A program made the translations under genes and the position numbers. A DNA stretch of 64,000 nucleotides from Fonticula alba ATCC 38817 (Eukaryota; Protista; Nucleariida): NCBI GenBank assembly GCA_000388065.2, contig KB932205.1; one strand, 5' to 3'. The notes below the pieces were generated by a model. It was given only the letters and a program-made list of their open reading frames with translations. It was not told where the DNA came from and did no database searches. Below are positions 28,001-40,231 of the stretch, one piece after another. The stretch's first letter is position 1; every line of letters starts with the position of its first letter.

Positions 28001-28666
28001 CCCGACGTGGAGCCTCCTTCTGGAGGGCTGTTGCCTGGCTTTTACGCCGACAACCCCCCGCCCCGGGCCCATTGTCATGCCTCTGCCCCAGCCAGCGGAA
28101 AAGGAAGAGTGGGAACAGCAGCCCAGCGCGACACATCCTCCCAGAGCCCACCCCGCCCCCCCCCCGGTCGACAGCTTCACCCCCTCCCCCCGGCGCCAGG
28201 GGCTGAGCGGGCCCCGGAGTGTAATGCGGCCACAAAAACCAATCATACACATCCCCCCCCCCCCCCCCGGCCCTTCTATTCTCTGGGGCCGGGGAGAAGA
28301 CGGGGGCGGGCAGTTGCCGCTCCGGACCGCCGCCCGGGCACAGGAGCCCGTCTGTCCGAGGGTTAATCGGTCGGGCCTATTGGGGCATTTGTAAATCCGT
28401 GAAATGGTGTTTTCTAATAGACCCGCGCCCTCTCCCGGGAGCTGCGGAGGCGGCAGACGCGCAGAGCGCCGCCCTCCCCGAGACTCACACACACAGAGAG
28501 AGAGAGAGAGAGAGGCGAAGGGCACACAACCGCCGCGGCCTCCCCGCACCCGCCCCGCTGTGCGCGAGCAAGACGACCCCCGCGCCTTCTCTCGCTCTCC
28601 CTGCCCCCTCTCGTGCCAGTGGGTATATAGGCGTCACCCACCACGCGCATCATTGAGGAAGTTGTT

Positions 28667-28672
28667 TTTATT
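28667..28672 (-). promoter_or_regulatory. Candidate AATAAA polyadenylation signal of the TCTP gene
   Basis: AATAAA on the minus strand in an AT-rich patch ~390 nt downstream of the TCTP stop. Confidence 0.5.
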
Positions 28673-29060
28673 GATGCAGAACGCGCGAACGCAGGGGGGA
28701 AGCATAGGACACGCATGTGAGGGGGGGGGGATGCGGCGCATAGAGGTGCACAAAAGGGAGACACACTCACGGCCACATACACGCGCGCGCGGGGGAGGGA
28801 GGACGGCACAAGTGTGCGCACTCGCCCCCCCCCCCCGGGGCATCCCCCACACACATGCGGGCGCACAGGCGCGCTCACACGGCTGGCCCCTTCTCCACCC
28901 TCTCCTCCGCTGGCCGCGCGCGCCCCCCGCTCTCCGGTCAACAAACTGCCACGCGCGGCAGGGGGGGCCGCCGCGCGCGCGTCGTCAGCCAAGAAGGGGA
29001 AACACCCGGGGGCGGGGAGAGAAGAGAGGGAGGAGAGCGTGCTTCGAAAAAAACAGGCGC

Positions 29061-29807
29061 TTAGACCTTGGTCTGGCGGAGACCGTCCTTGAAGTAGACC
29101 ATGACGGGGGTCTCGCCCTTCCAGTAGCAAAGGACGACCATACCCTCGGCCTCCATGCTCTCACCGGTGAAGAACTGGTACTCGTTGAACTGGCCAAGGA
29201 CCTTCTTGACGTACGACTGGGCGCCCTTCTGGAAGGCAGTGACGCGCTCCGGGTCGTTCTTCTTCAGGTGCTCGACGATGTTCTTCATGTACTCCTTGAT
29301 GTAGATCATGTAGCTCTTCTTGTCGAACGAGGTCTCGACGAGGTGGAAGGCGTGGACGATCTCGTTGACGACCTGGGCGTCAGCAGGGACGGCACCGTCA
29401 TCGGCATCCTCACCCTCGGCGGAGGGGTTGGCACCAATGTCGAAGTCGTCGCTCTCAGAGATGGTGATCATGCGAGCGGGGACCTCCATGGCAACATCGT
29501 CGATGAGCTCGAACTCATAGACGTCGGAGACGAGCTCGTCGCCGCCTGCGGGGTCGCGTTGGGGTCGAGAGAGAGGGAGGGGGCGCGCGAGCGAGCGAGC
29601 GCAAGAAAGGGGCAGCGAAGGGGGGGGGGCGAGGTCAGCAGTGAGTAAGGGCAAGGATGCGCCACATGTGACGGGCCCCGCGCGCTCCCGCCGCCGGCGA
29701 GGGGAGGAGGGGGAGAAAGGAACACCGCCGGCAGGCGGGGCGGGAGCATACGCGGAGAGGGAGAGAGGCATTGACGCACAGCCAAGAACATCAGTGTAGA
29801 TAATCAT
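29061..29807 (-). CDS. TPT1: Translationally controlled tumour protein (TCTP); 2 exons, 170 aa
   Basis: Exons 29807-29780 and 29545-29061 (513 nt). MIIYTDVL...GDELVSD, DIGANPSAEG, FDKKSYMIYIKEYMK, FFTGESM, FKDGL. Confidence 0.96.
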   Translation of the reverse strand: MIIYTDVLGCASMPLSLSAYAPAPPAGGVPFSPSSPRRRRERAGPVTCGASLPLLTADLAPPPSLPLSCARSLARPLPLSRPQRDPAGGDELVSDVYEFELIDDVAMEVPARMITISESDDFDIGANPSAEGEDADDGAVPADAQVVNEIVHAFHLVETSFDKKSYMIYIKEYMKNIVEHLKKNDPERVTAFQKGAQSYVKKVLGQFNEYQFFTGESMEAEGMVVLCYWKGETPVMVYFKDGLRQTKV

Positions 29808-32800
29808 TTTAAGGTTCTATGCGGAGGAGGGACCGGGGGGGAGGGGGAGGGGCGGCGGCGGCAAGGCGTGGGGCGACGTTAGGAGGAGATGCGTGTGCGT
29901 GTGTGTGGGTGGGTGCGCGCATGCGGGCGCCTGTGGACCGAGGTCGAGAGGGAAGGGGGGGGAGAGAGAGAAGGGGCAGCAGATGCATGGTGCATCCGAC
30001 AGGGCCATGCACACGGATGGGCGCGACGAAAGCAACGCGAGGGGATCGGGGAAGTGCAGGGAGGGGCGGGGGGGGGGGGGGGGGGGGCGCGCGCGGAGGG
30101 ACATACGACACAATCCGACAAAACTACAGGAAACAGAGTCAAGGAGGAGTGGGACCGACCAATGCGGAGATACGCCTACCGGGCGCCTGCTCTTGTACAG
30201 AGAGAGACAGAGAGAAAGAGAAAGCGCGCACGGAGGACGCGTGGTGTGTCGCCGGTTAGGAGTTCATCGTTGTCGAGGGGGGACGTGTTTGCGGGAGGCC
30301 CCCCTGGCCTCCGGGGGGGAAGAGGAGGCCCAACAGGCACAAATCACTTTTGTGGGCCTCCCCCCCCCCCCCCTGTGCCTGGGACTGGCGCTGGGCGGTT
30401 GCAAGATCCCCCCCCCCGGCCCCGATGTGCAGATATACACACGCACACGCACACACACACACACACACACGGCACACAGCGTGCCAGCCCGGTCGGGCGG
30501 GGACCAATGCGTGGGGCACCCCGCCGCCGCCGCGCGCAAATGCACGGGGGGTCAGGGTGCCACTGGAAAGGAACGCCCCGGGTCCCGACGCAGGTCGGGA
30601 TCCGGGTCAGTGCGGCCGAGCACGACACATACCCTCCGCAGTGGCAGAGCGCCGCCACCGCGGCAGCCCATCGTGCACCGGCCCCCCAGAAGTGGCCAGG
30701 CTGCGGCCACGGAGAAGGTACACGACGCCCTCGTCGCCCATCGCGCGCACCAGAACGCACACACACGCACACGCACAACGCCCTAGGAGACAACCCCGCA
30801 CACCAACAAGAAGGGCGGAGACATCAATGCGCGCCGCCCCGCGTCTCACGTTGCCAACCCCAGGGACACACACGCACAGGGAGGGCCCCCACTCTCTCTC
30901 TCTCTCTCCGCACACCCCCGACAACCCCGATCCACATGCACTCAAACGCAAACTCGCGGGCTCCTGCCCCGACCCCCCCTCCCGCCATCAGGGACGTGTC
31001 CGACAGCACCGGCATTCTCCGATCGTCGCGCGCCTCGGGCCGCCGCGGGAGGGGCCGGCCGACAAGGCCGCCAGCGAACACGGCAGAGGCGCGCGCCCGC
31101 ACATGCGCCCACACGCACATACACATTCACCACATCCCCACGAAGTCCATTGCCCCCCACCCGCCAGCAAACAGCAGAGACTGATCCCACGCTGCGAGGA
31201 CGCACCCCTCCCACGAGAAGCAGCGCCTCAGCACCAGAAATAGGGCCTTTTTTAACGCCATGTTATTTGCCCCGCGCCCCGTGTGTGCCCCCGCGACGTT
31301 TTTCCGGTCAGCGAGGAGAGGGGGGTAGAACCACGCTCTGACCGGCTCTTGCTTGCAAGGGGGAGCCGGGGCAAGCGCCCGGGGGCGGGGCCACCCGGCC
31401 CCGGCGTCTGTTGCCCGGTCCCCCCCGGTCGACACGGGGAGATCGCGCGCGCCGGTCGGTTGGCCCCTTTTGACAGGCGTCCCCCGCCAGTGTGCGGCGT
31501 ACCACACTCTCGCGAGCCAGCGTGGGCCCGGCTTCCTCGCTCGGCCCGCGGCTCGTCCCCTCCTTCCCTTTCCCACAGGGGCCTTTTCTTCGGAGGCCAA
31601 CGGGCGACCGGGGCCGGGCCTCGTGAGGTGTCCACCATTACATCACGCCCGCAGGGAGATCACGCACCCGATCACCACCCCGAATGCAATTCCCCCGGAG
31701 TGCAGGGGGCCTGGTGCCAGGTTCGGTGAAGGTACAGCAATCTGATAAAATTGCCCCCTCCCCGCCACCCCCAAACGCGCGGATCTGAGGCGCCGCGATC
31801 TGGACCGGCCCCGGTGCTGCTTCCCCGGATCTGCCCGACGGTCTCCGCCGGACCTTCTCGAACGGTGGGCGCCCCTGCATTGTGCATGCGGCCGCTGCCC
31901 GGGCCCACGTTTACCCCCCACCAACCAGCATGGTTGTTCGGAACCCCCGGGTCCGGGGCGTTCTGAACCACGCGCGTCCTGCCCCCCTCCCCACGCCACG
32001 GACCCCTCAACTCCGCACGGCCAGCAGCCCGCCCCAGAGCACGTCCACCAGGCGGGCGGGCGGGCGGGCGGGCTGCTCCGGCGCCAGCGGCCGCGCCAGC
32101 GGCAGACACGTACCTCGTGGGACCTTCCCTCCCTGCGTGGGTCCGCCCCGACACATGGCCTGGCGCGGGCCAAGCGCCCCCCCGCCCCCCCCTGCCCCGA
32201 GAGACACGAAAGCATGCTCGGCGTGGGGACCCCGCGATCGCCGCTCCCTCCCACACACCCTCGCTCCTAGTTTGCTCGGGGATGTGGGGAGCTGGCCGCG
32301 CAGGGCAATATGACTAGCATGTAAAGGCGGTCCACGGAGGCAGGTGGGAGGGCACGCCCCCCCATGTGTGTGCCCCAAAGGGGGGGGTTCTGCGCCCGCG
32401 AAGTCAGCCGCGCATGGCGCGGCCCACGCCCGCGCGTCAGAATCATGGGCAGCCCCGGCCGCCCCCCCGCCCCCGGAGGCCATCTGATGTCCCACATCCG
32501 TCCTCCCCCCCCCCTCGCAGGGGCGGGAGCGACCACGAAGTTGAGAGCGTAGAGGCCCGCGTTGCCCCCCCCCCCCCCCCCCCTCCCCCCCCCCCCCCCG
32601 CCCCCGGGGGGACCGGGGGTCAATCGCGGTTCTTCCTCCCTCACTCCCTCTCGCTGTGGCTCATCCTGTNNNNNNNNNNNNNNNNNNNNNNNNNNNNNNN
32701 NNNNNNNNNNNNNNNNNNNNNNNNNNNNNNNNNNNNNNNNNNNNNNNNNNNNNNNNNNNNNNNNNNNNNNNNNNNNNNNNNNNNNNNNNNNNNNNNNNNN

Positions 32801-33223
32801 CCCCCCCCCCCCGGTGCCGGCAGGCCGACACGCACACGTTGCTGTTATTTTGCAGCCTCACATGGGTCTGGGTTATGTGTCACCGGCCACACTCAATTGG
32901 CGAAGAGCGTTCGGTCATCTCTCTCTCCTCCCTCCCCCCCTTCCCGCCCTCGCTCGCCCCCCTCCTCTCTTTTTTCACTTTTTGGTACCTACCCCTCGTT
33001 GTCCCTCTGCCCCCCCCCCCTCAACCGTCTCCACTCTCCAGCAGTGTGCCCTCCCCCTCTCCCCCCCCCCTGCCCCTCTCCCACCAGCCCGGATGTCCCT
33101 GCCAGCCGGGTGCTTCTTGTCGGCCGGCGGTCCTGCCATCCCGCGTCTTGCTGCATTCTCCCTCCCCCTACTGCCACACGCCCAGCAGCTAACCCAGCAC
33201 ATGTGTCAATCCCACAGCCCAAT

Positions 33224-34269
33224 ATGGATCGCCCTGATCATGGACGTGAGCCCTGGTACGATGTTCCTTCCCTGTCGCTCCCCCTCCTGTCTCCCCGCGC
33301 TTCCCTTGTCCCCACTTCCCTCTCTGACCCCCGCCCCTCCCTCCACCCCTTCTTCCCGGTCCCCCGTCTCCCCCCCCCCAGCCCTTGGCGTATTGGTGAG
33401 GATGCTGGTGGTGCTTTCGCCATGGGCTTCGTCGGCTCCTCGATGATCAACTCCTTCAAGGGTTTCCGCAATGCCCCCAAGGTGCGCCTCTGCCCTCTGT
33501 TCTTGCCAGCTTGCCACCCCCCCCTCCCTTGCGTGATATGCTGACTCCCTCTTGACCTTTACTCTGCTCGGGGATGGCGCACCGGGCATGTCTAGTCCGC
33601 CAACCGCATTGCTCATGCCCTCCGCACTGCCCAGCGCGTGGCCCCCGTCACCGGAGGTTTGTGATGATCATCTCCTGCCTCCATATCGCCTCGCATGCCT
33701 CCCCTCCTGACCCCTCCCCTTCTGCGCCACTCCTCCCCCCTCCTCCCCTTCCCCCCGCCACAACACAACCATACAGGGAGCTTCGCCGTCTGGGGTGCTA
33801 CTTTCTCCACCCTTGAGTGCACCTTCTCCTATCTGCGTGGGAAGTCCGACTCTTACAACATGATTGCTGCTGGTACTCTGACCGGTGGTATCCTGGCCCT
33901 CCGCTCCGGTATCCGCAGTGCCGCCATCAGTGCTGTCATTGGTGGTTCCCTGATGGCCGTCTTCGAGATGATTTCCGTCGGTGCGTCTTCTCCCCCTCCC
34001 CCTCCCTCCCGATCAGCCTCACGCACGCACGCACGCACGCACACACACACGCACGCACACACACACATGAACAGGCAGCTTCTGCTTCTCTGACACATGC
34101 TCCTCACTCTGCCCCTTCCCTCCGTCTGTCGCACACAGCCCTCAACCGCACCACCGCCGATATGACCCGTCCGACTGCCTTCGAGTTTGGTGTCTCATCC
34201 AACCTCAGCCCCACTGTCCTGGACCCCCACGGTCCGCCTCAGGAGTTCTCTGAGGATAAGCTCTACTAA
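33224..34269 (+). CDS. TIM17: Mitochondrial inner-membrane translocase subunit Tim17; 5 exons, 175 aa
   Basis: Exons 33224-33255, 33382-33481, 33596-33656, 33777-33980, 34139-34269 (528 nt). REPCPWRIGEDAGGAFAMG, GGSFAVWG, RGKSDSYN...GTLTGGILA. Confidence 0.92.
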
Positions 34270-35147
34270 AGTGGGCGGCTCGCGCGCGCGCGCGCGTGTC
34301 CCCCCCCCACTCTCCCCTCCTATTTACTCCACAGACACACGGACGCCCGCGAGCGCCCGCGTCCGCGCACCGGCGCCAGCACCGACACACCCGCACACAT
34401 GTGCACGCTCGTGTACCCCCGTCACTGCGCTGCGGTTGCTGTCACGATGGCAGCAGTAGCAATGTGCGCCCGCCTCCTTCCCCCCCCCCCACACATTTCT
34501 CCCGCCCCTTTTTCCTCCTAGACAGTCCCCACCTCCTTGCCCCCGCCGTTCTCTTCATCTCCCCCCTCTCCCATTAGGGCATCTCTCTCTGTGTATGTGT
34601 ACGTGTGTACGTGTGTATGCACAACCCCTTCCCCCCTGGCCAGGGAGCTGGAAGGCCACAGCAGAGCGGCGAGGGAGGAAGGGGGGAGAGGCGGGACAGC
34701 CGGCAGGAGAGAGAGAGAACCGAGGAGAGAGGGGCGGCGAGGAGGACAGGGGGAGTTCTTGTGCTCCTGTGTACGCCCCGGGCGGCGGCCTTCCCCTGAC
34801 GCGCTTACCTTGCTTCCTCCTCGCATCAGCATGGCATCCGCCCGATCATCCTCCCTCCCTTTCCGCCCTTTCCTTCCCTTTCCTTCTTTCTCCTCCTCCT
34901 CTGTCCATTTCCCTTGAAAGACACCAAACACTATAAAACTGCAAACTTCCCTTCTCCTGCCTTTTGTTCTTTCCTTTGTGTTCTCCCCGTATGCCCCTAT
35001 GTGTGTGTGGATGCGTGAGTGGGGACACACGATGTGCCTGCTCCCTCTTCCTGCCCTCCTGCCCTCCTGTCTTCCTGTTCGTCTTGTTACTTTCTTCGTT
35101 CTCCCTGTTTTCCTTTACTCTGTTTGATCTCTTCCTCCCACCCCCGC

Positions 35148-35247
<100 letters not shown>

Positions 35248-36168
35248 TATGCACACGTACACACATTCGGTGCCTCAGGACGGGGAAAGGGGGCGGATTT
35301 TGCGCCGATGCTGTGCGACGGCCAATCCCACCCAGTCTTGGTAACCGAATCCAGTTAAGACCACTATCACGCGGGGGACAGCTGTTCAGGGGGCTGGAAT
35401 TCCACCCCGCAGGAAGCCGCCGCCTCGGCCTGCTTTTCGTGTCCCTCAGGCGGTGCGGCGCGAGGGCCGGCCCTCCTTGTCGTGTATGCGCCATAAGTGT
35501 GTAAATGCGGGCATTCTGCAGAGCCGTAGCTCCGGGGCAGTAGACACCAGCGTTGGGGGCTGCTTCTTTTGTCCCCTCGCCCAAGAGCGGGCCCCTCCTC
35601 GGGGCCTGTTCATTTGTCTCCAAGCCCGCACCCTGCAGCGGGGAGGGTCTGCCAGCCAGCCGGGCTGTTTGCCCCGATGCACTCCCCCCCCCCCCCCCGG
35701 CGAGACTCGCAACAAGTAACTGTAGCCAGCCCTGGCCTCTGGTCGGGGGTGGGGGGGTGCCCTGCGCCGTTGGCCGACAGATCCCCCCGTCGCCGCGGTC
35801 CGGTCCGTAGGGAGGTGTGCTTGCTTGTCCGCCAGCGCACCAGGCCGGAGCGTCGACGCTGGGCCCCCCGCCTCGCCCCGGCCTCTCTCGTGCGAGTCCC
35901 TCGCCCTCCTGGCGAGAGGGAGGGAGAGAGAGAATGGGGGGGGGGGCCGATGGGGCCCTGATCTGGGCACCTCTTTTTTTCGCTCCATCATCCACGGCCA
36001 GCCCCCGCCGATGCCGGCAGCTCCCCTCCCCCGCCTGTCCCTCCTGCTCCTGCGCTTCGTCGCTCGCTCGCTCGCTTGCCCCCCCCCCCTCCTCGCCCGC
36101 CTGCCCGCCCGCCCGCGCACCGGCACTCCACCACTCCTGCCCCTCGGTTTCCCTCTCGCCCCCTGCCT

Positions 36169-36200
<32 letters not shown>

Positions 36201-36233
36201 CCCCCCCTCCCGAGAGCAGGCGTCATCGGCAGC

Positions 36234-37627
36234 ATGAACTCCGCCGACAATCAGTTCATTGTCATCGACAATGTACCCCCTCCCCCGCCTCCGTCCTCTC
36301 CCACCTGTCTGCCTGCGTCGCCATCCCCCATCCCCCATTGGTCGTCTGGCTGCCTGTCCCGCTTCTGACCCAGCTCATTGCCTCCCCCTCCACCTCCCGC
36401 TCTGCCTGGCCACGCGTCCTCAGGGGTCCTTCACCATCAAGGCCGGCTTTGCCGGCGAGGACCGCCCCCAGGCTCTCCTCCGGACCTGGTGTGTTCCTTG
36501 GCCATCTTCCCTCTCGTTTTGGCCCTTTCCCCTTTCCCGGGCTCCCCGCGGCTTTTCTAACCCTCCCCCCTTGTGTTCCTCCCGCGCCCGCCCGCCTGCC
36601 CGCCTGCCCGCCCGCCTGCCCGCCTGCCCGCCCGCCCGCCCACCTCCCGATAGCATTGGCCACACCAAGTACCAGAAGGTCATGAGCGGCGGCGACTTCG
36701 AGCCCGGGCGCATGATCGGCAACAGCCTGCAGGAATATCGCGGCCTCTTCCGCACCACCTCCCCAATCAAGAATGGCCTGATCGAGAATTGGGAGGACAT
36801 GGAGGCCCTGTGGAATCACCTGTATAGCCAGCACCTGAAGGTGTCCTCCGAGGACCACCCGGTGCTGATCACCGACGCGGCCTTGAGCCCCCACAAGCAG
36901 CGCCTGCAGATCGCCCAGGTCCTCTTCGAGTCCTACAACGTCCCGGCTCTGTCGATTGCGGTGCCGGGTGTCCTGAGTCTGTGCGTGCCAGGCTCTCGGC
37001 CCTCGGCCCTCGCCCCCTCCTGCAGATGTGTCATATACTTACTGCTGGCCTGCTGATTTCCCCTGCTCGGCTGTGGCGCTGCCGGGCCGGGCACGCAGCT
37101 ACTCCTCCGGCATGACTTCCGGCATCGCCCTGGACTCCGGCAATGGCGTGACCGCTGCCATTCCCGTGTACAACGGTTTTATCCCAACTGGCACCGTGCG
37201 CCGGATGGACATCGGTGGAGAGTACGCCTCCCTCCTCCCGCTGCGCTCCGGGCCCATGTGGCCTCGTTCCCCCGACTGGGCATCTCCCTGGCCCGTGTCC
37301 CTGCCCTTTCCCGTCATTCACACTCGTCCACACGACCCGCTCATCCCAGCGACATCACCAAATACCTGCAGCTGCTCCTGCGCAAGTCCGGCTACTTCTT
37401 TAACACTTCGGCCGAGCTGGACATCGTGCGCGAGATGAAGGAGCGCCTGGGGAAGATCTCCGAGGTGACCACCTTCAACCCCCTCCACATGGCGACCACC
37501 ACTGGCAGTGGGGCCGGCGCCGACTCGACCACCGATTCGGCCGCCACCGAGCCCATCAAGTACCTGTTGCCCGATAACCAGGTGATCGAGGTCCGTGCTG
37601 CGCTGTGCCGCATCTCCCATCTGACCA

Positions 37628-37663
<36 letters not shown>

Positions 37664-38273
37664 NNNNNNNNNNNNNNNNNNNNNNNNNNNNNNNNNNNNN
37701 NNNNNNNNNNNNNNNNNNNNNNNNNNNNNNNNNNNNNNNNNNNNNNNNNNNNNNNNNNNNNNNCCCCCCCCCCCCCCCCCCCCCCCCCCGCCGCCGGGTC
37801 TGACGCCGCCGCCCTGTATTTTCTCCCTGTCCCCGCGTTCTCCCTCCGCCTCACCCCCATGGTCTACGCCGTTTTCCCTGCCGCAGATCGCCGACGAGCC
37901 CACTCGCGCCATCGAGGCCATCTTCGCCCCGCATGTCATGGGCAAGGAGTCCCCGGGGATTCACACCCTGCTGGCGGAGTCCATCCAGCTGTGCGACATC
38001 GACATCCGGAAGTCCCTCTACTCGAACATCATCCTGTCCGGCGGCAATACCCTCTTCTCGGGCTTCTGCTCGCGCTTGCTCAGCGAGATCCAGCACTCGC
38101 GGCCCACCAACAAGGTGCGCATCTACGCGGCAGCCGATCGCGAGAGCTCGGCCTGGGTGGGCGGGTCCATCCTGGCCGCGTTGTCGTCCTTCCGCAAGAT
38201 GACCATCACGTATGCCCAGTACGATGAGGATCGCGACATCCTCCGCCGGAAGCTCATGTCCCTGGACTACTGA
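36234..38273 (+). CDS. ACTR1: Divergent actin-related protein most similar to Arp1/centractin; 6 exons, 393 aa
   Basis: Exons 36234-36272, 36424-36488, 36654-36980, 37099-37221, 37350-37590, 37887-38273 (1182 nt). NQFIVIDNGS..IKAGFAG, HPVLITDA, LQLLLRKSGYFFNTSAELDIVREMKE, DIDIRKSLYSNIILSGG, WVGGSILAALSSFRKM. The NQ-start, 'LLLRKxGY' and 'F.KM' features are Arp1-like. Confidence 0.8.
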
Positions 38274-39136
38274 GGTGTCCTTGTGTTTGGCGCGTGTGCT
38301 TGTGCATTTTCCTTTTCACACAATCCCCTCATGCACATGGGCTGGTGTGGGGGGCCAGGGAGGAGGCGGAGGCAGACGCTGCCTCGCTCCTGTTTGGGGG
38401 GTTCTCCCCCATTTGCCCAGGTGCATGTGCCCTCCCTGCGTCCTTTCACCTTGGGCCTCCGCCTTCCCCCCCTCGCCCCCTCGCCCTCTCTTGACGCCGC
38501 ACATGCCCAGGCCGGCGAAGCCCCTCCCCCCCCCCCCCCCAAAAGCCCCTAAATACAGAGACAAACACTCAACCCCAGGGGGCGTTCTCCCCTGTCTGTC
38601 CTTGCCCCTCGCTCTCCTTTGCGCGTTTGCGTGTGTAGATCGGAGAAGTCGGGAGATGCGCATGGATGTGGCCACATGCGCGCATGCAAAACTCGCAAAA
38701 GCGCAGACACAAACAGGCGGCGCATGTACAAGTGCTGTATATTTGTGTGTTGGGAGAGAGGGGGAGTTCTTCTCCGGGAAGGTGGCGGGGAAAAGGGGCA
38801 GAGACGGTGCTCTGCGCAACGGATTCCTCCCGCCCGGGCGCCACCGCTGGTCGCATGGATCTGAAGGTGGGCACGCACGCACGCACGCACGCACGCGCGT
38901 GTGAGTGTGTATGTGGGGTATATATAGATGTGTATGTGTGTGTGTGTGTGTCGGGGCGCGCACGCGCGTCCACCGCGGAGGGAGGGGAAGAAAGGGGGTC
39001 CCACCCGCCCTCTCGCTCTATCGTGCTCGGTGTCACCGCCACCATGGCCACCGCCGGAATGGGGGAGCCGCAGCACCGGCGGTGTGCCAGCCGGGCAGGC
39101 GGAGGTGAAGGAGGGGGAGCATGAAACACGCCGCAC

Positions 39137-40231
39137 TTACTTGCGGTACCACATGTTGACAATGCGATGGCGGCGCATCTTCTTCTGGAGCTGAAGGAAG
39201 GAGTAGAGCAGGGCCTCGGCGGTGGGCGGGCAGCCGGGGACGTAGATGTCCACGGGGATAATGCGGTCGCAGCCGCGCACAACGGCATACGAGTAGTGGT
39301 AGTAGCCACCACCGTTGGCGCAAGAGCCCATAGAAATGACCCACTTGGGCTCGGGCTAGGGGGCAAAAAAGGGAAAGGACCATGCGCGAGCGGGCGGGCA
39401 CATGGCACTGTGAGTGGGGGCAGGCAGGCACGCGCGCGGAGGCAAAGTGGCACAGAGCAGGACAGGAGCAAACGCGAGGACGCACCATCTGCTCGTAGAC
39501 ACGGCGCAGGGCGGGAGCCATCTTGTTGGTCAGGGTACCGGCAACAATCATGATATCGGCCTGACGGGGGGTGGCACGGAAGACAACACCAAAGCGATCC
39601 TGATCGTAGCGAGCGGCGGCCTGTGCGTGCAGGGTGGTAGGTAGAGGGACAGCAAGAGCGACCGGGGGAAAGGGCGAGCACGGGGGGGGNNNNNNNNNNN
39701 NNNNNNNNNNNNNNNNNNNNNNNNNNNNNNNNNNNNNNNNNNNNNNNNNNNNNNNNNNNNNNNNNNNNNNNNNNNNNNNNNNNNNNNNNNNNNNNNNNNN
39801 NNNNNNNNNNNNNNNNNNNNNNNNNNNNNNNNNNNNNNNNNNNNNNNNNNNNNNNNNNNNNNNNNNNNNNNNNNNNNNNNNNNNNNNNNNNNNNNNNNNN
39901 NNNNNNNNNNNNNNNNNNNNNNNNNNNNNNNNNNNNNNNNNNNNNNNNNNNNNNNNNNNNNNNNNNNNNNNNNNNNNNNNNNNNNNNNNNNNNNNNNNNN
40001 NNNNNNNNNGGGGGGATTCGCCCGTGAGGGAGAGCTGGGCATAGGGGTGAATGCGTACGCCTGAGTGACGGCCTTGAGGAGGGCGCCCCGGTTGGCGGCT
40101 GGCGGGGAGCAGGGAGGTGCGCAAGGGAGGTCATAGGTCAGAGACGAAGAGGAGGCAAGAAGGCCCCCAGATGTACACAGGGGAGGGAGCGAGGATCACA
40201 TACTGGCAGTGGAGCGGTAAAGGCTCAGCAT
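39137..40231 (-). CDS. NDUFS7: NADH:ubiquinone oxidoreductase 20-kDa (PSST) subunit; middle exon(s) fall in the gap 39690-40009
   Basis: Exons 39355-39137 ([23 protein letters not shown]...[12 protein letters not shown]) and 39620-39486 ([19 protein letters not shown]...[14 protein letters not shown]). Presequence-like exons 40231-40204 and 40098-40059 ([22 protein letters not shown]). The CC-containing segment is missing, consistent with the gap. Confidence 0.93.

Noticed and set aside
22733-28549. ORFs of 400-700 aa, some spanning N-gaps
   Set aside because: Artefacts of stop-codon scarcity at very high GC and of N read-through; no recognisable motifs.
29770-29785. Possible GC-AG intron in TCTP restoring canonical D6/D11 spacing
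   Set aside because: A consensus GTGCGT donor three bases away gives an in-frame product with one extra residue, which is the simpler explanation.
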